Shown: positions 9,805 to 18,357, numbered from the stretch's first letter. The stretch is DNA of 47,545 bases from Candidatus Scatovivens sp. (GCA_045648625.1 JAZROJ010000002.1:1-47545), one strand, 5' to 3'. Notes: a model not told the origin generated them from the letters alone. Translations and numbers: made by a program.

Positions 9805-10407
9805 ATGTTAGAAAACAGTTTAGTACCATATGTTGTTGAACAAACAAGCAAAGGAGAGAGATCATATGATATCTTTTCTAGATTATTAAAAGATAGAATT
9901 ATATTTTTAGCAGAGGATGTAAATCCTGCATCAGCTAGCTTAGTAGTAGCTCAATTATTATTTTTAGAATCAGAAGATCCAGATAAAGAAATCTTTTTAT
10001 ATATAAATAGCCCAGGAGGGTCAATTACAGACGGAATGGCTATAGTAGATACAATTAATTATATTAAATGTCCAGTATCTACAATTTGTATAGGAATGGC
10101 AGCTAGTATGGGAGCAGTACTTTTAGCTTCTGGAGCAAAAGGAAAAAGATTTGCTACACCAAATGCTGAAATTTTAATTCATCAACCATTAATAGCTGGT
10201 GGAGGACTTTCTGGTCAAACTACAGAAATTAAAATTCATGCAGACCATATGGTTAGAACAAGAGAAAAATTAAATAAATTATTAAGTGAAAGAACAGGTC
10301 AAAGCTTAGAAACAATAGAAAAAGATACAGAAAGAGATAATTATATGACAGCTGAACAAGCTTTAGCTTATGGACTAATTGACGGAATACTTGATAAAAG
10401 AAATTAA
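9805..10407 (+). CDS. clpP: ATP-dependent Clp protease proteolytic subunit
   Basis: [18 protein letters not shown], catalytic-Ser block GMAASMG, IHQPL. ATG 9805 has better RBS spacing (AAAGGA 9790-9796) than the track's 9796; either start is possible. Confidence 0.95.
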   Translation: MLENSLVPYVVEQTSKGERSYDIFSRLLKDRIIFLAEDVNPASASLVVAQLLFLESEDPDKEIFLYINSPGGSITDGMAIVDTINYIKCPVSTICIGMAASMGAVLLASGAKGKRFATPNAEILIHQPLIAGGGLSGQTTEIKIHADHMVRTREKLNKLLSERTGQSLETIEKDTERDNYMTAEQALAYGLIDGILDKRN

Positions 10408-10554
10408 AAAATAGAAGCAAAAGCAAAATAACAAACATAAGATATACCAATTATAAAAGATAAAAGAGAACAGTTCTGTTTTCAAAAAGTTTAAAAAATG
10501 GAAAATAGAACCGTCCCTTTTTCCAATAATAGGGAAAGGAAGTAAAAAAAGAAT

Positions 10555-11850
10555 ATGGCTAAAAACCAAGAAAGAATTGTTAAATGTTCATTTTGTGGCA
10601 AACCACAAGAAATAGTAAAAAAAATAATTGCAGGTCCAGGAGTATATATTTGTGATGAATGTGTTACATTATGCCAAGATATCATAGATGAAGAAGTTTA
10701 TGATATTCAAGAGCCAGTTACAGAACAAGAAGAAATGCCAACACCTGCAGAAATAAAAAAAGTATTAGATGATTATGTAATAGGTCAAGAAGAAGCTAAA
10801 AAGACATTATCAGTTGCAGTGTACAATCATTATAAAAGAATTAACAATCTAGACTTAATTGATGATATAGAAATACAAAAAAGCAATATATTATTATTAG
10901 GTCCAACAGGATGTGGAAAAACTTTATTAGCTCAAACTTTAGCAAAAACACTAGATGTTCCTTTTGCTATAGCAGATGCAACAACATTAACAGAAGCAGG
11001 TTATGTAGGAGAAGACGTAGAAAATATTCTTTTAAAATTAATTCAATCTGCAGATTATGATGTTGAAAAAGCTCAAAAAGGAATAATATATATTGATGAA
11101 ATTGATAAAATTACTAGAAAATCTGAAAATCCATCTATTACAAGAGATGTTAGTGGAGAAGGAGTACAACAAGCTTTACTAAAAATAGTAGAAGGAACAG
11201 TTGCTTCTGTACCACCACAAGGAGGAAGAAAACATCCACATCAAGAATTTATACAAATAGATACTTCAAACATTTTATTTATATGTGGAGGAGCTTTTGA
11301 AGGATTAGATAATATCATAAAAGATAGAACTGGTAAGAAAACAATAGGTTTTGGAGCCAAAATAGAAGGTAAATCTGAGGAAAATAGAACTGAAATTTTA
11401 AAACAATTATTACCACAAGATTTATTAAAATTTGGATTAATACCAGAATTTGTCGGAAGATTACCAATAGTTGCAACACTTGAGGCGCTTACTAAAGAAG
11501 CTTTAATAGATATTGTGACAAAACCTAAAAATGCTTTAGTAAAACAATATAAAAAATTGTTTGAATTAGATGGAGTAGAGTTAGAATTTGAGCAAGAAGC
11601 TTTAGAAAAAATCGTTGATAAAGCTATAGAAAGAAATACTGGAGCAAGAGGCTTACGTTCTATTATAGAAGAAATTATGAGAGATGTTATGTATGATATT
11701 CCATCAAATCATAAAATTGCAAAATGTACAATTACAAAAGAGACTGTTGAGAATAAACAACAACCAGAAGTTGTAATTGATGAAACTAGACAAAAAGAAA
11801 ATGTAAGACCTAAAAGAAAAGTTAAAAACAAAAAGCAAGAAACTGCTTAA
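10555..11850 (+). CDS. clpX: ATP-dependent Clp protease ATP-binding subunit ClpX
   Basis: N-terminal C4 zinc finger (CSFCGK...CDEC), Walker A GPTGCGKT, Walker [10 protein letters not shown], sensor GARGLR. Confidence 0.97.
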   Translation: MAKNQERIVKCSFCGKPQEIVKKIIAGPGVYICDECVTLCQDIIDEEVYDIQEPVTEQEEMPTPAEIKKVLDDYVIGQEEAKKTLSVAVYNHYKRINNLDLIDDIEIQKSNILLLGPTGCGKTLLAQTLAKTLDVPFAIADATTLTEAGYVGEDVENILLKLIQSADYDVEKAQKGIIYIDEIDKITRKSENPSITRDVSGEGVQQALLKIVEGTVASVPPQGGRKHPHQEFIQIDTSNILFICGGAFEGLDNIIKDRTGKKTIGFGAKIEGKSEENRTEILKQLLPQDLLKFGLIPEFVGRLPIVATLEALTKEALIDIVTKPKNALVKQYKKLFELDGVELEFEQEALEKIVDKAIERNTGARGLRSIIEEIMRDVMYDIPSNHKIAKCTITKETVENKQQPEVVIDETRQKENVRPKRKVKNKKQETA

Positions 11851-11860
11851 TAATTAAAAT

Positions 11861-11926
11861 AAGTATATGAGTTTAATTTTAGATACGCAAAATATTTGCT
11901 TTCATTAAACTTATATACTTTTTTTG
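11861..11926 (+). terminator. Long-hairpin intrinsic terminator after clpX
   Basis: AAGTATATGAGTTTAAT (11861-11877) pairs with ATTAAACTTATATACTT (11904-11920), followed by TTTTTT. Confidence 0.7.
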
Positions 11927-11951
11927 TAAATAAAATGTAACGTAAATTTGC

Positions 11952-11980
11952 TTGTGTCAAGATGCTATTAGAGCTATAAT
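11952..11980 (+). promoter_or_regulatory. Possible promoter of the surface-protein gene
   Basis: TTGTGT (11952-11957), 17-nt spacer, TATAAT (11975-11980). The -35 is weak. Confidence 0.35.
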
Positions 11981-12076
11981 AAAAGTGTGTATTTAGTATA
12001 AAAAATATAAGAACAATAAATTTTACAATTTTTGAAACTTAAAAAATAATAATTGAAAGAAAAAGGAGAACTAAAG

Positions 12077-14176
12077 ATGTTGCAAGAGAATGAAAGAAGA
12101 TTGCAAGAAGAATTAGAAAGCTTAGAGAATTTAGAAAAATTAAGTATAGAAAATTCAGTAAATGATAAAAAAGCAAATTATAAAGCGCGAAAAAGAAGAA
12201 TAAGAGTAGCATTTACAAAAGTAAGTTTAATGGCAATGCTATTAATATTATCAACATATGCATGGTTTACAACTCAAAAAGATATTTCTATTTCAAACTT
12301 AAGAGGAACAGTAGAAGTAGCAGAAAATATGGAAATATCTCTAGATGCAAAAACTTGGAGTCAAGAAATAGATTTAAAAGAAGCATCAAGTAAATTTGCA
12401 ACAGCCCAAACAACAAGACAAAATGCATTTAAAATAAGCCCAACAGATACAACAACAGATGATTATATAACAAGAGCAGGAGCAATTTTACCAAAAGAAT
12501 TATTACCAGTATCAACAGCAGCAGAAAAAGATATAACAGGGTCATGGGTAGATGGTGCAACAACAAATACATATTCAATAATGCCATTTTATGAAGGAAA
12601 AGCAACAGGAACATCATTATCAGAAATAGCAATGTGTAAAGAATATAACGAAGATGACGAAGTAATGGAAGACAATGGATATTTTGCATTTGATATATAC
12701 ATAAGAAATACATCACAAGATGGAGCAGATGATAAATTACAATTAAACATAAATTCAGCAGTACAAGTGCTAGCAAATAATATAACAAATCCAATGCCAG
12801 GGCAAACAAATGAAATAATAAATAAAGTAGTAAATGGAACAAATAGAGAATATAAAGGAAATGAAGATTCAGGACTACAAAATACAGTAAGAGTAGCACT
12901 AGCATTATATGGAGAAAAACAAGCAGATGGAACATTAAATGGACTAGCAAGTGCAACAGCAACCCAAAAAGAAATATTAACAGCAACAAAAGATGCGACA
13001 ATAACAGATATAGCAATATGGGAACCAAATGCATATGACCACGTAGAATACATAGTAAACAATAATAATAAATTAACAGATGGAAGTGGAGCAAAAACAG
13101 ACGAACAATTAAAATTTGACCACGGAGAAGCAGTAGAAACATATGGCTTAAAAAGCACAGCAATAGGAACAACAATAGAAAATGTGTATGATATAGCAAC
13201 AACAGGACTAGATAATCCAAGCACATTTAAAACAGATAATAATAAAGATGCAAGCACAGGAAAAGTAACATCATATAGAATAAAAACAACAAACAATAAA
13301 CCAATAAATATAACAAGCATAGATAGTACAGAAGCAGCTACAGATTATTTTATGCTAACATCAAATACAGTAAGTAGATTAAGAGTATATATCTGGTTAG
13401 AAGGCCAAGATGTAGACTGTATAAACCAAGCATCATATGGTGGAGGTATAGAAGTAGACTTAGGACTAACAAAAGATGACTTTGTAGGAGAATCTGGAGA
13501 AGGAATAGAAAATAATACACCAGTAGCAGGAGCAACATTAGCATCAGCAAGAAATACCGATATAGGAGATTATATAGATTTAGGTGGAACAAGTTATGTA
13601 GGAACATCTAGTACAGCAGATGATTGGAGAATATTCTATGTAGATGAAGATAATGATAAAGTATATGCAATATTAGCAGATTACTTACCAGCAATATATG
13701 TACCAACAATAACCGGTTTAAGTAAAGATAAAGACACATATACTTATAGTGTATGGTCAGATGGCGATGCATATGCATTAGCAGAAGCGTTAGATGGAAC
13801 AACAGATGGAGATGCATGGAATTTCTTAGCGAATGGATATAGTACAGAAGTAACTGGAAGTCCAACAGGAGAACTGTTAAATTTAAGCTATAAAGCCAAA
13901 GAAAATCTTACAAATTATGACTATAAAAATAATTTAACACTAAATGGAGATTTATACGCACCTCACACAGAAGAGATAGATAATGGATCAAATACTTGCT
14001 TGGGCTATTGGTTGGCTTCAACTGATGACGATAGCTTCCTGTGGATTGTGTACTATGGTTGCTGTCTGGACCCCTCTTACTGTGGCGATAAGTATTATGG
14101 CTGCCGTCCCGTAGTTTCTCTGTCATCTGGAATCCTTGCAACTGAAGAAGATGATGTATGGACATTATCGAAATAG
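12077..14176 (+). CDS. Large secreted/surface protein: charged N-terminal extension, SipW(TasA/camelysin)-type signal-anchor, DUF1566/C-type-lectin-like C-terminus
   Basis: Start moved to ATG 12077 (RBS AAAGGAG 12062-12068). A ~45-aa coiled, charged leader is followed by KRRIRVAFTKVSLMAMLLILSTYAWFTTQKD, which matches the T-x-A-x-F-(T/S)-D class of SipW-dependent signals. The Thr/Asn/Ala-rich body has no enzyme motif I recognise. The C-terminus is YWLAST...LWIV..G...K...CRPVVSL. Confidence 0.75.
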   Translation: MLQENERRLQEELESLENLEKLSIENSVNDKKANYKARKRRIRVAFTKVSLMAMLLILSTYAWFTTQKDISISNLRGTVEVAENMEISLDAKTWSQEIDLKEASSKFATAQTTRQNAFKISPTDTTTDDYITRAGAILPKELLPVSTAAEKDITGSWVDGATTNTYSIMPFYEGKATGTSLSEIAMCKEYNEDDEVMEDNGYFAFDIYIRNTSQDGADDKLQLNINSAVQVLANNITNPMPGQTNEIINKVVNGTNREYKGNEDSGLQNTVRVALALYGEKQADGTLNGLASATATQKEILTATKDATITDIAIWEPNAYDHVEYIVNNNNKLTDGSGAKTDEQLKFDHGEAVETYGLKSTAIGTTIENVYDIATTGLDNPSTFKTDNNKDASTGKVTSYRIKTTNNKPINITSIDSTEAATDYFMLTSNTVSRLRVYIWLEGQDVDCINQASYGGGIEVDLGLTKDDFVGESGEGIENNTPVAGATLASARNTDIGDYIDLGGTSYVGTSSTADDWRIFYVDEDNDKVYAILADYLPAIYVPTITGLSKDKDTYTYSVWSDGDAYALAEALDGTTDGDAWNFLANGYSTEVTGSPTGELLNLSYKAKENLTNYDYKNNLTLNGDLYAPHTEEIDNGSNTCLGYWLASTDDDSFLWIVYYGCCLDPSYCGDKYYGCRPVVSLSSGILATEEDDVWTLSK
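13997..14130 (+). other. Candidate diversity-generating-retroelement variable region (VR) at the 3' end of the surface-protein gene
   Basis: A content is 19/134 = 14% here, against 83/180 = 46% in 12602-12781 of the same gene (hand counts). The codons are almost all NNY (gat gac gat agc ttc ... tac tat ggt tgc tgt ... gac ccc tct tac tgt ggc gat). The protein motif is YWLAST-x5-LWIV-x2-G-x10-K-x3-CRPVV. No TR or RT in the window. Confidence 0.45.
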
Positions 14177-14216
14177 AAGAATAGAAAAATATAGAAATAG
14201 TGTATTATAAACTTAA

Positions 14217-14253
14217 AGAGAGCCTTTAGGCATTAAGTCCTAATAGGCTCTCT
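14217..14253. terminator. Bidirectional terminator shared by the convergent surface-protein and pseudouridine-synthase genes
   Basis: AGAGAGCCT (14217-14225) / AGGCTCTCT (14245-14253). The right arm overlaps the stop codon of the - strand gene. Confidence 0.65.
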
Positions 14254-15142
14254 AAAATTTATTCAAAATTTCTTTCATATCTTCAGATAAATCAATTTCA
14301 AGTGTTAAATTGTTATGAGAAATAGGATGGATAAAAGAAACCTTATATGCGTGTAGAGCTTGTCTAGAAATTAAATTTGAAGTATTACCATATAAAGAAT
14401 CTCCTAATATAGGGTGGCCTATATGCTTAGAATGTACACGAATTTGATGAGTTCTACCGGTTTTAAGAGTAAATTCTACTAAAGAAAGTTTTTGATTACC
14501 AATTTCAAATTTTTTTATTAAATTATAATGTGTAACAGAATAATCACCATTAATAGAAATTTCTCTTTCTATTATAGAATTTTCTTTTCTAGCAATAGGA
14601 GCATTAATAGTTCCTGTGTTATTTTCTAAGTGCCCTTCTAAAATTGCAATATACTTCTTTATGTAGTCATTTTGTTTCATTTGACGTATTAAGGATTCTT
14701 GAACATATTCATTTTTAGCAAAAATAACAATTCCAGAAGTATCTTTATCTAAGCGATTAACAGGTCTAATTTTTCTTTTGATATTTTTTCCTTTAAAATA
14801 ATAAGCTATACCATTTGAAAGACTATCTTCATAATGTAAGATAGATGGATGAACTGGTAGATTATAAGGTTTATTAATCATAAGTAAATATTCATCTTCA
14901 AAAATTATATTTAAATCCATTTCTTTAGGAAGAATATTTTCAGATTCTTCTTCAAAATCAATATCAACTTCAATAATATCATTTAAATGTATTTGTGCTG
15001 TAACATAAACTTTTTCTCTATTTAAAAATATTCTTTGCTCATTTTTTAATCTCGATAAAAGTCTATTTGAAATTTGAAAATGTGAGATAAGAACTTGTTT
15101 TACAGTTTGATAATTATTGTCTAAAACTTTATATTTTAACAT
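14252..15142 (-). CDS. RluA-family 23S rRNA pseudouridine synthase (RluD-like)
   Basis: S4-like N-terminus, catalytic-Asp block NRLDKDTSGIVIFAK, GRTHQIRVH. Confidence 0.9.
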   Translation of the reverse strand: MLKYKVLDNNYQTVKQVLISHFQISNRLLSRLKNEQRIFLNREKVYVTAQIHLNDIIEVDIDFEEESENILPKEMDLNIIFEDEYLLMINKPYNLPVHPSILHYEDSLSNGIAYYFKGKNIKRKIRPVNRLDKDTSGIVIFAKNEYVQESLIRQMKQNDYIKKYIAILEGHLENNTGTINAPIARKENSIIEREISINGDYSVTHYNLIKKFEIGNQKLSLVEFTLKTGRTHQIRVHSKHIGHPILGDSLYGNTSNLISRQALHAYKVSFIHPISHNNLTLEIDLSEDMKEILNKF

Positions 15143-15255
15143 AAATCTCCTTTAATAGAGCAACACATTTAATAGTTTTTTATTTAAACATGTTTATGTG
15201 TGCTCAATGCCTGTTTACGTGTCAAATTTTACTATGTAAAATTTTGTGCATACAA

Positions 15256-15284
15256 ATTATATTTTCTAATATCGAAAAAGTCAA
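15256..15284 (-). promoter_or_regulatory. Sigma-A promoter of the pseudouridine synthase gene (~105-nt 5' UTR)
   Basis: On the - strand: TTGACT (15284-15279), 17-nt spacer, TATAAT (15261-15256). Confidence 0.55.
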
Positions 15285-15324
15285 GAAAGTTACGTATTTA
15301 AAGAAGATAAAATTGTATAAAATA

Positions 15325-15352
15325 TTGTAATATTTTAATACTATGATATAAT
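15325..15352 (+). promoter_or_regulatory. Extended -10 promoter of rubredoxin-tcdA
   Basis: TTGTAA (15325-15330), 16-nt spacer, TGaTATAAT (-10 at 15347-15352). Confidence 0.55.
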
Positions 15353-15419
15353 AAATGCGAATTTAGAATATGTATATTATTTTAAATTAATAATCAAATA
15401 TTAAAAGGAGGAAATAATT

Positions 15420-15554
15420 ATGAACAAATATGTATGTAAAATATGTGGTTATATCTATGATGAAGAAGTAGAAGGAACAAAATTTGAAGATTTACCAGAA
15501 GAATGGGTATGTCCAATGTGTGGAGTTGGAAAAAATATGTTTGAAAAAATGTAA
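15420..15554 (+). CDS. rub: Rubredoxin (44 aa; below the ORF-track length cutoff)
   Basis: My translation is [44 protein letters not shown], with both CxxCG / CPxCG knuckles. RBS AAGGAGG 8 nt upstream. Confidence 0.9.
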   Translation: MNKYVCKICGYIYDEEVEGTKFEDLPEEWVCPMCGVGKNMFEKM

Positions 15555-15565
15555 AGGAATAAAAT

Positions 15566-16297
15566 ATGTTAGAACAATTTTCTAGAACAGAATTATTAAT
15601 TGGAAAACAAGGAATAGAAAAATTACAAAAATCAAAAGTAGCAATTTTTGGAATCGGTGGAGTAGGTTCTTATGTTGTTGAAGGGCTAGCAAGAGCAGGA
15701 ATTGGTTATTTTGCATTAATTGATAATGATAATGTAAGTAAATCAAATATAAATAGACAAATAATAGCAACACATCAAACTATTGGAAAATCTAAAGTTG
15801 AGATAGCAAAACAAAGAATTTTAGATATTAATCCAGATGCAAAAGTAGAAATTTTTCAAGAGTTTTTTAAAACAGATAGCAATAACTTTTTTGATGAATC
15901 TTTTGATTACGTAATAGATGCTATTGATACAGTATCTGCTAAGATAGAACTTGTTATAAGAGCTAATAATCTTAAAGTTCCGATAATATCTTGTATGGGA
16001 ACAGGAAATAAATTAGATCCAACTCAATTTGAAGTTACTGATATTCATAAAACTAGTGTATGTCCTTTAGCTAAAGTAATGAGAAAAGAATTAAAATTAA
16101 GAGGAATAAAAAAACTAAAAGTACTTTATTCTAAAGAACAACCAATAAAAATATTGAGAGATGATGAAAATGCAGAAACTGAAATTTTGGAAAAAAGCAC
16201 TGTAAAAACCTCACCAGGAAGTATTTCATTTGTTCCATCAGTAGCAGGATTGATTATTGCAGGAGAAGTAATAAAAGATATTATAGAAATTAAATAA
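15566..16297 (+). CDS. tcdA: ThiF-family tRNA threonylcarbamoyladenosine dehydratase (TcdA/CsdL-like)
   Basis: GIGGVGS Rossmann loop, DNDNVSKSNINRQ, ~240 aa length class. Confidence 0.8.
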   Translation: MLEQFSRTELLIGKQGIEKLQKSKVAIFGIGGVGSYVVEGLARAGIGYFALIDNDNVSKSNINRQIIATHQTIGKSKVEIAKQRILDINPDAKVEIFQEFFKTDSNNFFDESFDYVIDAIDTVSAKIELVIRANNLKVPIISCMGTGNKLDPTQFEVTDIHKTSVCPLAKVMRKELKLRGIKKLKVLYSKEQPIKILRDDENAETEILEKSTVKTSPGSISFVPSVAGLIIAGEVIKDIIEIK

Positions 16298-16411
16298 ATA
16301 GAGTTTAACTCATACAACAATATTACAATATAATATTTAACTATCTATAATATAGTAATTTTACTTAAACAGTCTCAAAGATTAACTAAAATATAAATTA
16401 ACATAATGATG

Positions 16412-16440
16412 TTGACATAATAAAGTAAAGGTGATATAAT
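16412..16440 (+). promoter_or_regulatory. Consensus sigma-A promoter with no annotated gene downstream
   Basis: TTGACA (16412-16417), 17-nt spacer, TGaTATAAT (-10 at 16435-16440). Confidence 0.6.
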
Positions 16441-16521
16441 AACTCCAGTCTTGAATTCGTATGTGAATTCAGAGAGGGAAGTTCTACCATGCTTTATTTT
16501 GTTTAAAATAAAACATAATAA

Positions 16522-16548
16522 AAAAAGCATGGGAGACCATGCTTTTTG
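16522..16548. terminator. Bidirectional intrinsic terminator; its 5' arm can alternatively pair with an upstream copy of the 3' arm
   Basis: AAAGCATGG (16524-16532), loop GAGA, CCATGCTTT (16537-16545), with an A-run on the left and a T-run on the right. An identical CCATGCTTT at 16487-16495 gives a mutually exclusive hairpin. Confidence 0.65.
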
Positions 16549-16633
16549 GTATAATTATGGAACTGTTGTAGCCATAACATATCAAAAAATAAAACATGGT
16601 CACCAAATGCATAACGCACCCTTTATAAAGAAC

Positions 16634-16693
16634 TTAATATAAAAAAAGAAGTAACTTTCTTTTCTTCAAAAATTTTTGTTGCAGAAAGACCAT
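16634..16693 (-). CDS. Possible 19-aa mini-ORF (MVFLQQKFLKKRKLLLFLY) with a strong RBS
   Basis: AAGGAGG, 5 nt, then ATG (16693). It is convergent with the orphan promoter and ends toward the shared terminator. No homology evidence is possible here. Confidence 0.2.
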   Translation of the reverse strand: MVFLQQKFLKKRKLLLFLY

Positions 16694-16736
16694 ATACGCC
16701 TCCTTAAGTATAGATCTTTTTGAAGTTTTTCTTTGA

Positions 16737-16770
16737 AAGCAGCCCCTACTAGGGCTGCTTCCTTTATTTT
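16737..16770 (+). terminator. Intrinsic terminator (+ strand)
   Basis: AAGCAGCCC (16737-16745) / GGGCTGCTT (16752-16760), 6-nt loop, then CCTTTATTTT. Confidence 0.65.
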
Positions 16771-16818
16771 GTAGGAGAGTTTTTTTTATCATTAAATTGT
16801 GCTTTAACAACACAAAAC

Positions 16819-16847
16819 TTGAATATTATGTAAATGTATGATAAAAT
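16819..16847 (+). promoter_or_regulatory. Extended -10 promoter of the DUF1385-like gene
   Basis: TTGAAT (16819-16824), 17-nt spacer, TGaTAAAAT (-10 at 16842-16847). Confidence 0.5.
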
Positions 16848-16889
16848 AACATAGAAATTTTTAAAAACAGAAGGAGTTGAATAATAGAT

Positions 16890-17720
16890 ATGCAAAATAA
16901 CTGTTTTGCGCGGTCTCATAAAAACGGAATATACTTTTATTCCCAAGTTTTACCTGGAATTGTTTTAAATGCTTATCTTGACGAAGAAGATAATTTTCAA
17001 AAAGAAATAATTATCAGAGACATAGATAAGAACTATGAAAAAGAGCAAAATCCAAAACGCTTAAAGAATAGAAAAATATGTAATTTTCTAAAAATTCTAT
17101 TAGCAAGTATCATTGCATTAGCTGTTGTTATATTAGTAGGATATTTAATATATTCGTATATAGGTACAAATAGTGCTATGGTTTTAGCAGCTATTATGTA
17201 TAGTATGACTGTTATATTAAAAACAATAACTTTTGCTACCAGTTCATATGATACAAAAAAGGTACATTCAGATGGTAGAAGTACAGCAAAATTTCATTCT
17301 GCTGAGCATATGGTATATACAGCATATCATCGTTTAAACAGAGTTCCAATGTTTAATGAATTAAAAGAGACTACTAAATTTTCTAAAAATTGTGGTTCTC
17401 TTGCAGTCATTAGACGGTGGGTATACGAGATACTGTTTTATGTAATGTATTTGCTAATTGTTTTATATTGTGTGTGTGGATTAAATTTGCTAGTGCTTGC
17501 GGTTTATACTTTAATGGTAATACCGCTTGTTATTATAGAGAGAAAGTTTAATTTTTTTATGTTCTTAGAAGTGTTTTTCTTGTCCAAACCTACAGATAAA
17601 GAACTGAGGTTAGCTTTAAAAGGACTAAAAGAGACTCTTAAAATGGATAATCAATTAAAACAATTTTTGGAAACTGGTGATGAGATTTTCTTAATTGATA
17701 TTGCTAAACACAGTGCTTAA
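16890..17720 (+). CDS. Polytopic membrane protein, DUF1385 (YqhQ)-like core
   Basis: KFHSAEHMVYTAYH...KFSKNCGSLAV resembles the YHGAEHKVINCYE...RLHYRCGSSF block I recall from B. subtilis YqhQ, but the GGQAVxEGVMM N-domain is missing. At least 4 TM segments. Two in-frame CGG codons (16911, 17415). Confidence 0.45.
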   Translation: MQNNCFARSHKNGIYFYSQVLPGIVLNAYLDEEDNFQKEIIIRDIDKNYEKEQNPKRLKNRKICNFLKILLASIIALAVVILVGYLIYSYIGTNSAMVLAAIMYSMTVILKTITFATSSYDTKKVHSDGRSTAKFHSAEHMVYTAYHRLNRVPMFNELKETTKFSKNCGSLAVIRRWVYEILFYVMYLLIVLYCVCGLNLLVLAVYTLMVIPLVIIERKFNFFMFLEVFFLSKPTDKELRLALKGLKETLKMDNQLKQFLETGDEIFLIDIAKHSA

Positions 17721-17752
17721 ATCCAAAGGTAAAACTATTCTAAAAATTTCAG

Positions 17753-17790
17753 AAAACACGAAGCGAAAAAATGCTTTGTGTTTTTCTTTT
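17753..17790 (+). terminator. Intrinsic terminator
   Basis: 12-bp stem (17753-17764 / 17773-17784, one G-U pair), 8-nt loop, T-rich tail. Confidence 0.75.
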
Positions 17791-17829
17791 TATTTGTTAT
17801 AATAAATTTGTAAAAAATATTTATTTTTT

Positions 17830-17856
17830 TGAAACCAAATAAGGTTTTAAATTGTA
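17830..17856 (+). promoter_or_regulatory. ECF-type (autoregulatory) promoter candidate
   Basis: TGAAAC (17830-17835), 17 nt, TGTA (17853-17856). Compare the SigW-class TGAAAC-N16-CGTA. Confidence 0.35.
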
Positions 17857-17880
17857 TTATTAACAGATAGGAGGTAAAGC

Positions 17881-18357
17881 ATGCGAAACCAAAAATATAT
17901 AGAAGAAATATTAGAAAAATATTCAGATATGGTATATAGAATAGCATTAACAAGAACTGGAACAGTAGAAAATGCAGAAGATATATATCAAGAAGTTTTT
18001 ACAAAATTTAGTGAAAAAATGCCAAACTTTGAAAGTGAAGAACATGAAAAAGCTTGGTTTATAAGAATTACAATTAATTTAAGCAAAAATTTAAAATCAT
18101 CTGCTTGGAACAAAAGAATAGTAAATTTGGATGAAAATATTGAATTTAACACTCAAGAAGAAAGCAATGTATTTACAACTGTTTGTGAATTACCTCAAAA
18201 TTACAAAACGGTAATTTATTTAATGTATTATGAAGGATACAAGGTTAAAGAAATTGCAAATATTATGCAAAAAAGAGAAGGAACAATAAAAACCTGGCTT
18301 TTTAGAGCAAGAGATATTTTAAAAGAAAAATTAGAAGGAGGATTTGAAAATGAATAA
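17881..18357 (+). CDS. ECF-subfamily RNA polymerase sigma-70 factor
   Basis: 158 aa. Region 2 (AEDIYQEVFTKF...AWFIRITIN) and region 4 HTH (KVKEIANIMQKREGTIKTWLFRAR). RBS AGGAGG. Confidence 0.9.
   Translation: MRNQKYIEEILEKYSDMVYRIALTRTGTVENAEDIYQEVFTKFSEKMPNFESEEHEKAWFIRITINLSKNLKSSAWNKRIVNLDENIEFNTQEESNVFTTVCELPQNYKTVIYLMYYEGYKVKEIANIMQKREGTIKTWLFRARDILKEKLEGGFENE

Noticed and set aside
12429-14165. Long - strand ORFs (265, 243 and 3 x 85 aa), mostly Leu/His/Tyr-rich, opposite the surface-protein gene
   Set aside because: They are shadow ORFs produced by the purine-rich, A-ending codon usage of the + strand gene. They are low-complexity, have no RBS, and the + strand gene has a clear start, signal peptide and domain logic.
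16451-16642. 63-aa TTG-initiated ORF in the orphan module
   Set aside because: It has no RBS, runs straight through the bidirectional terminator hairpin, and its translation has no recognisable features.
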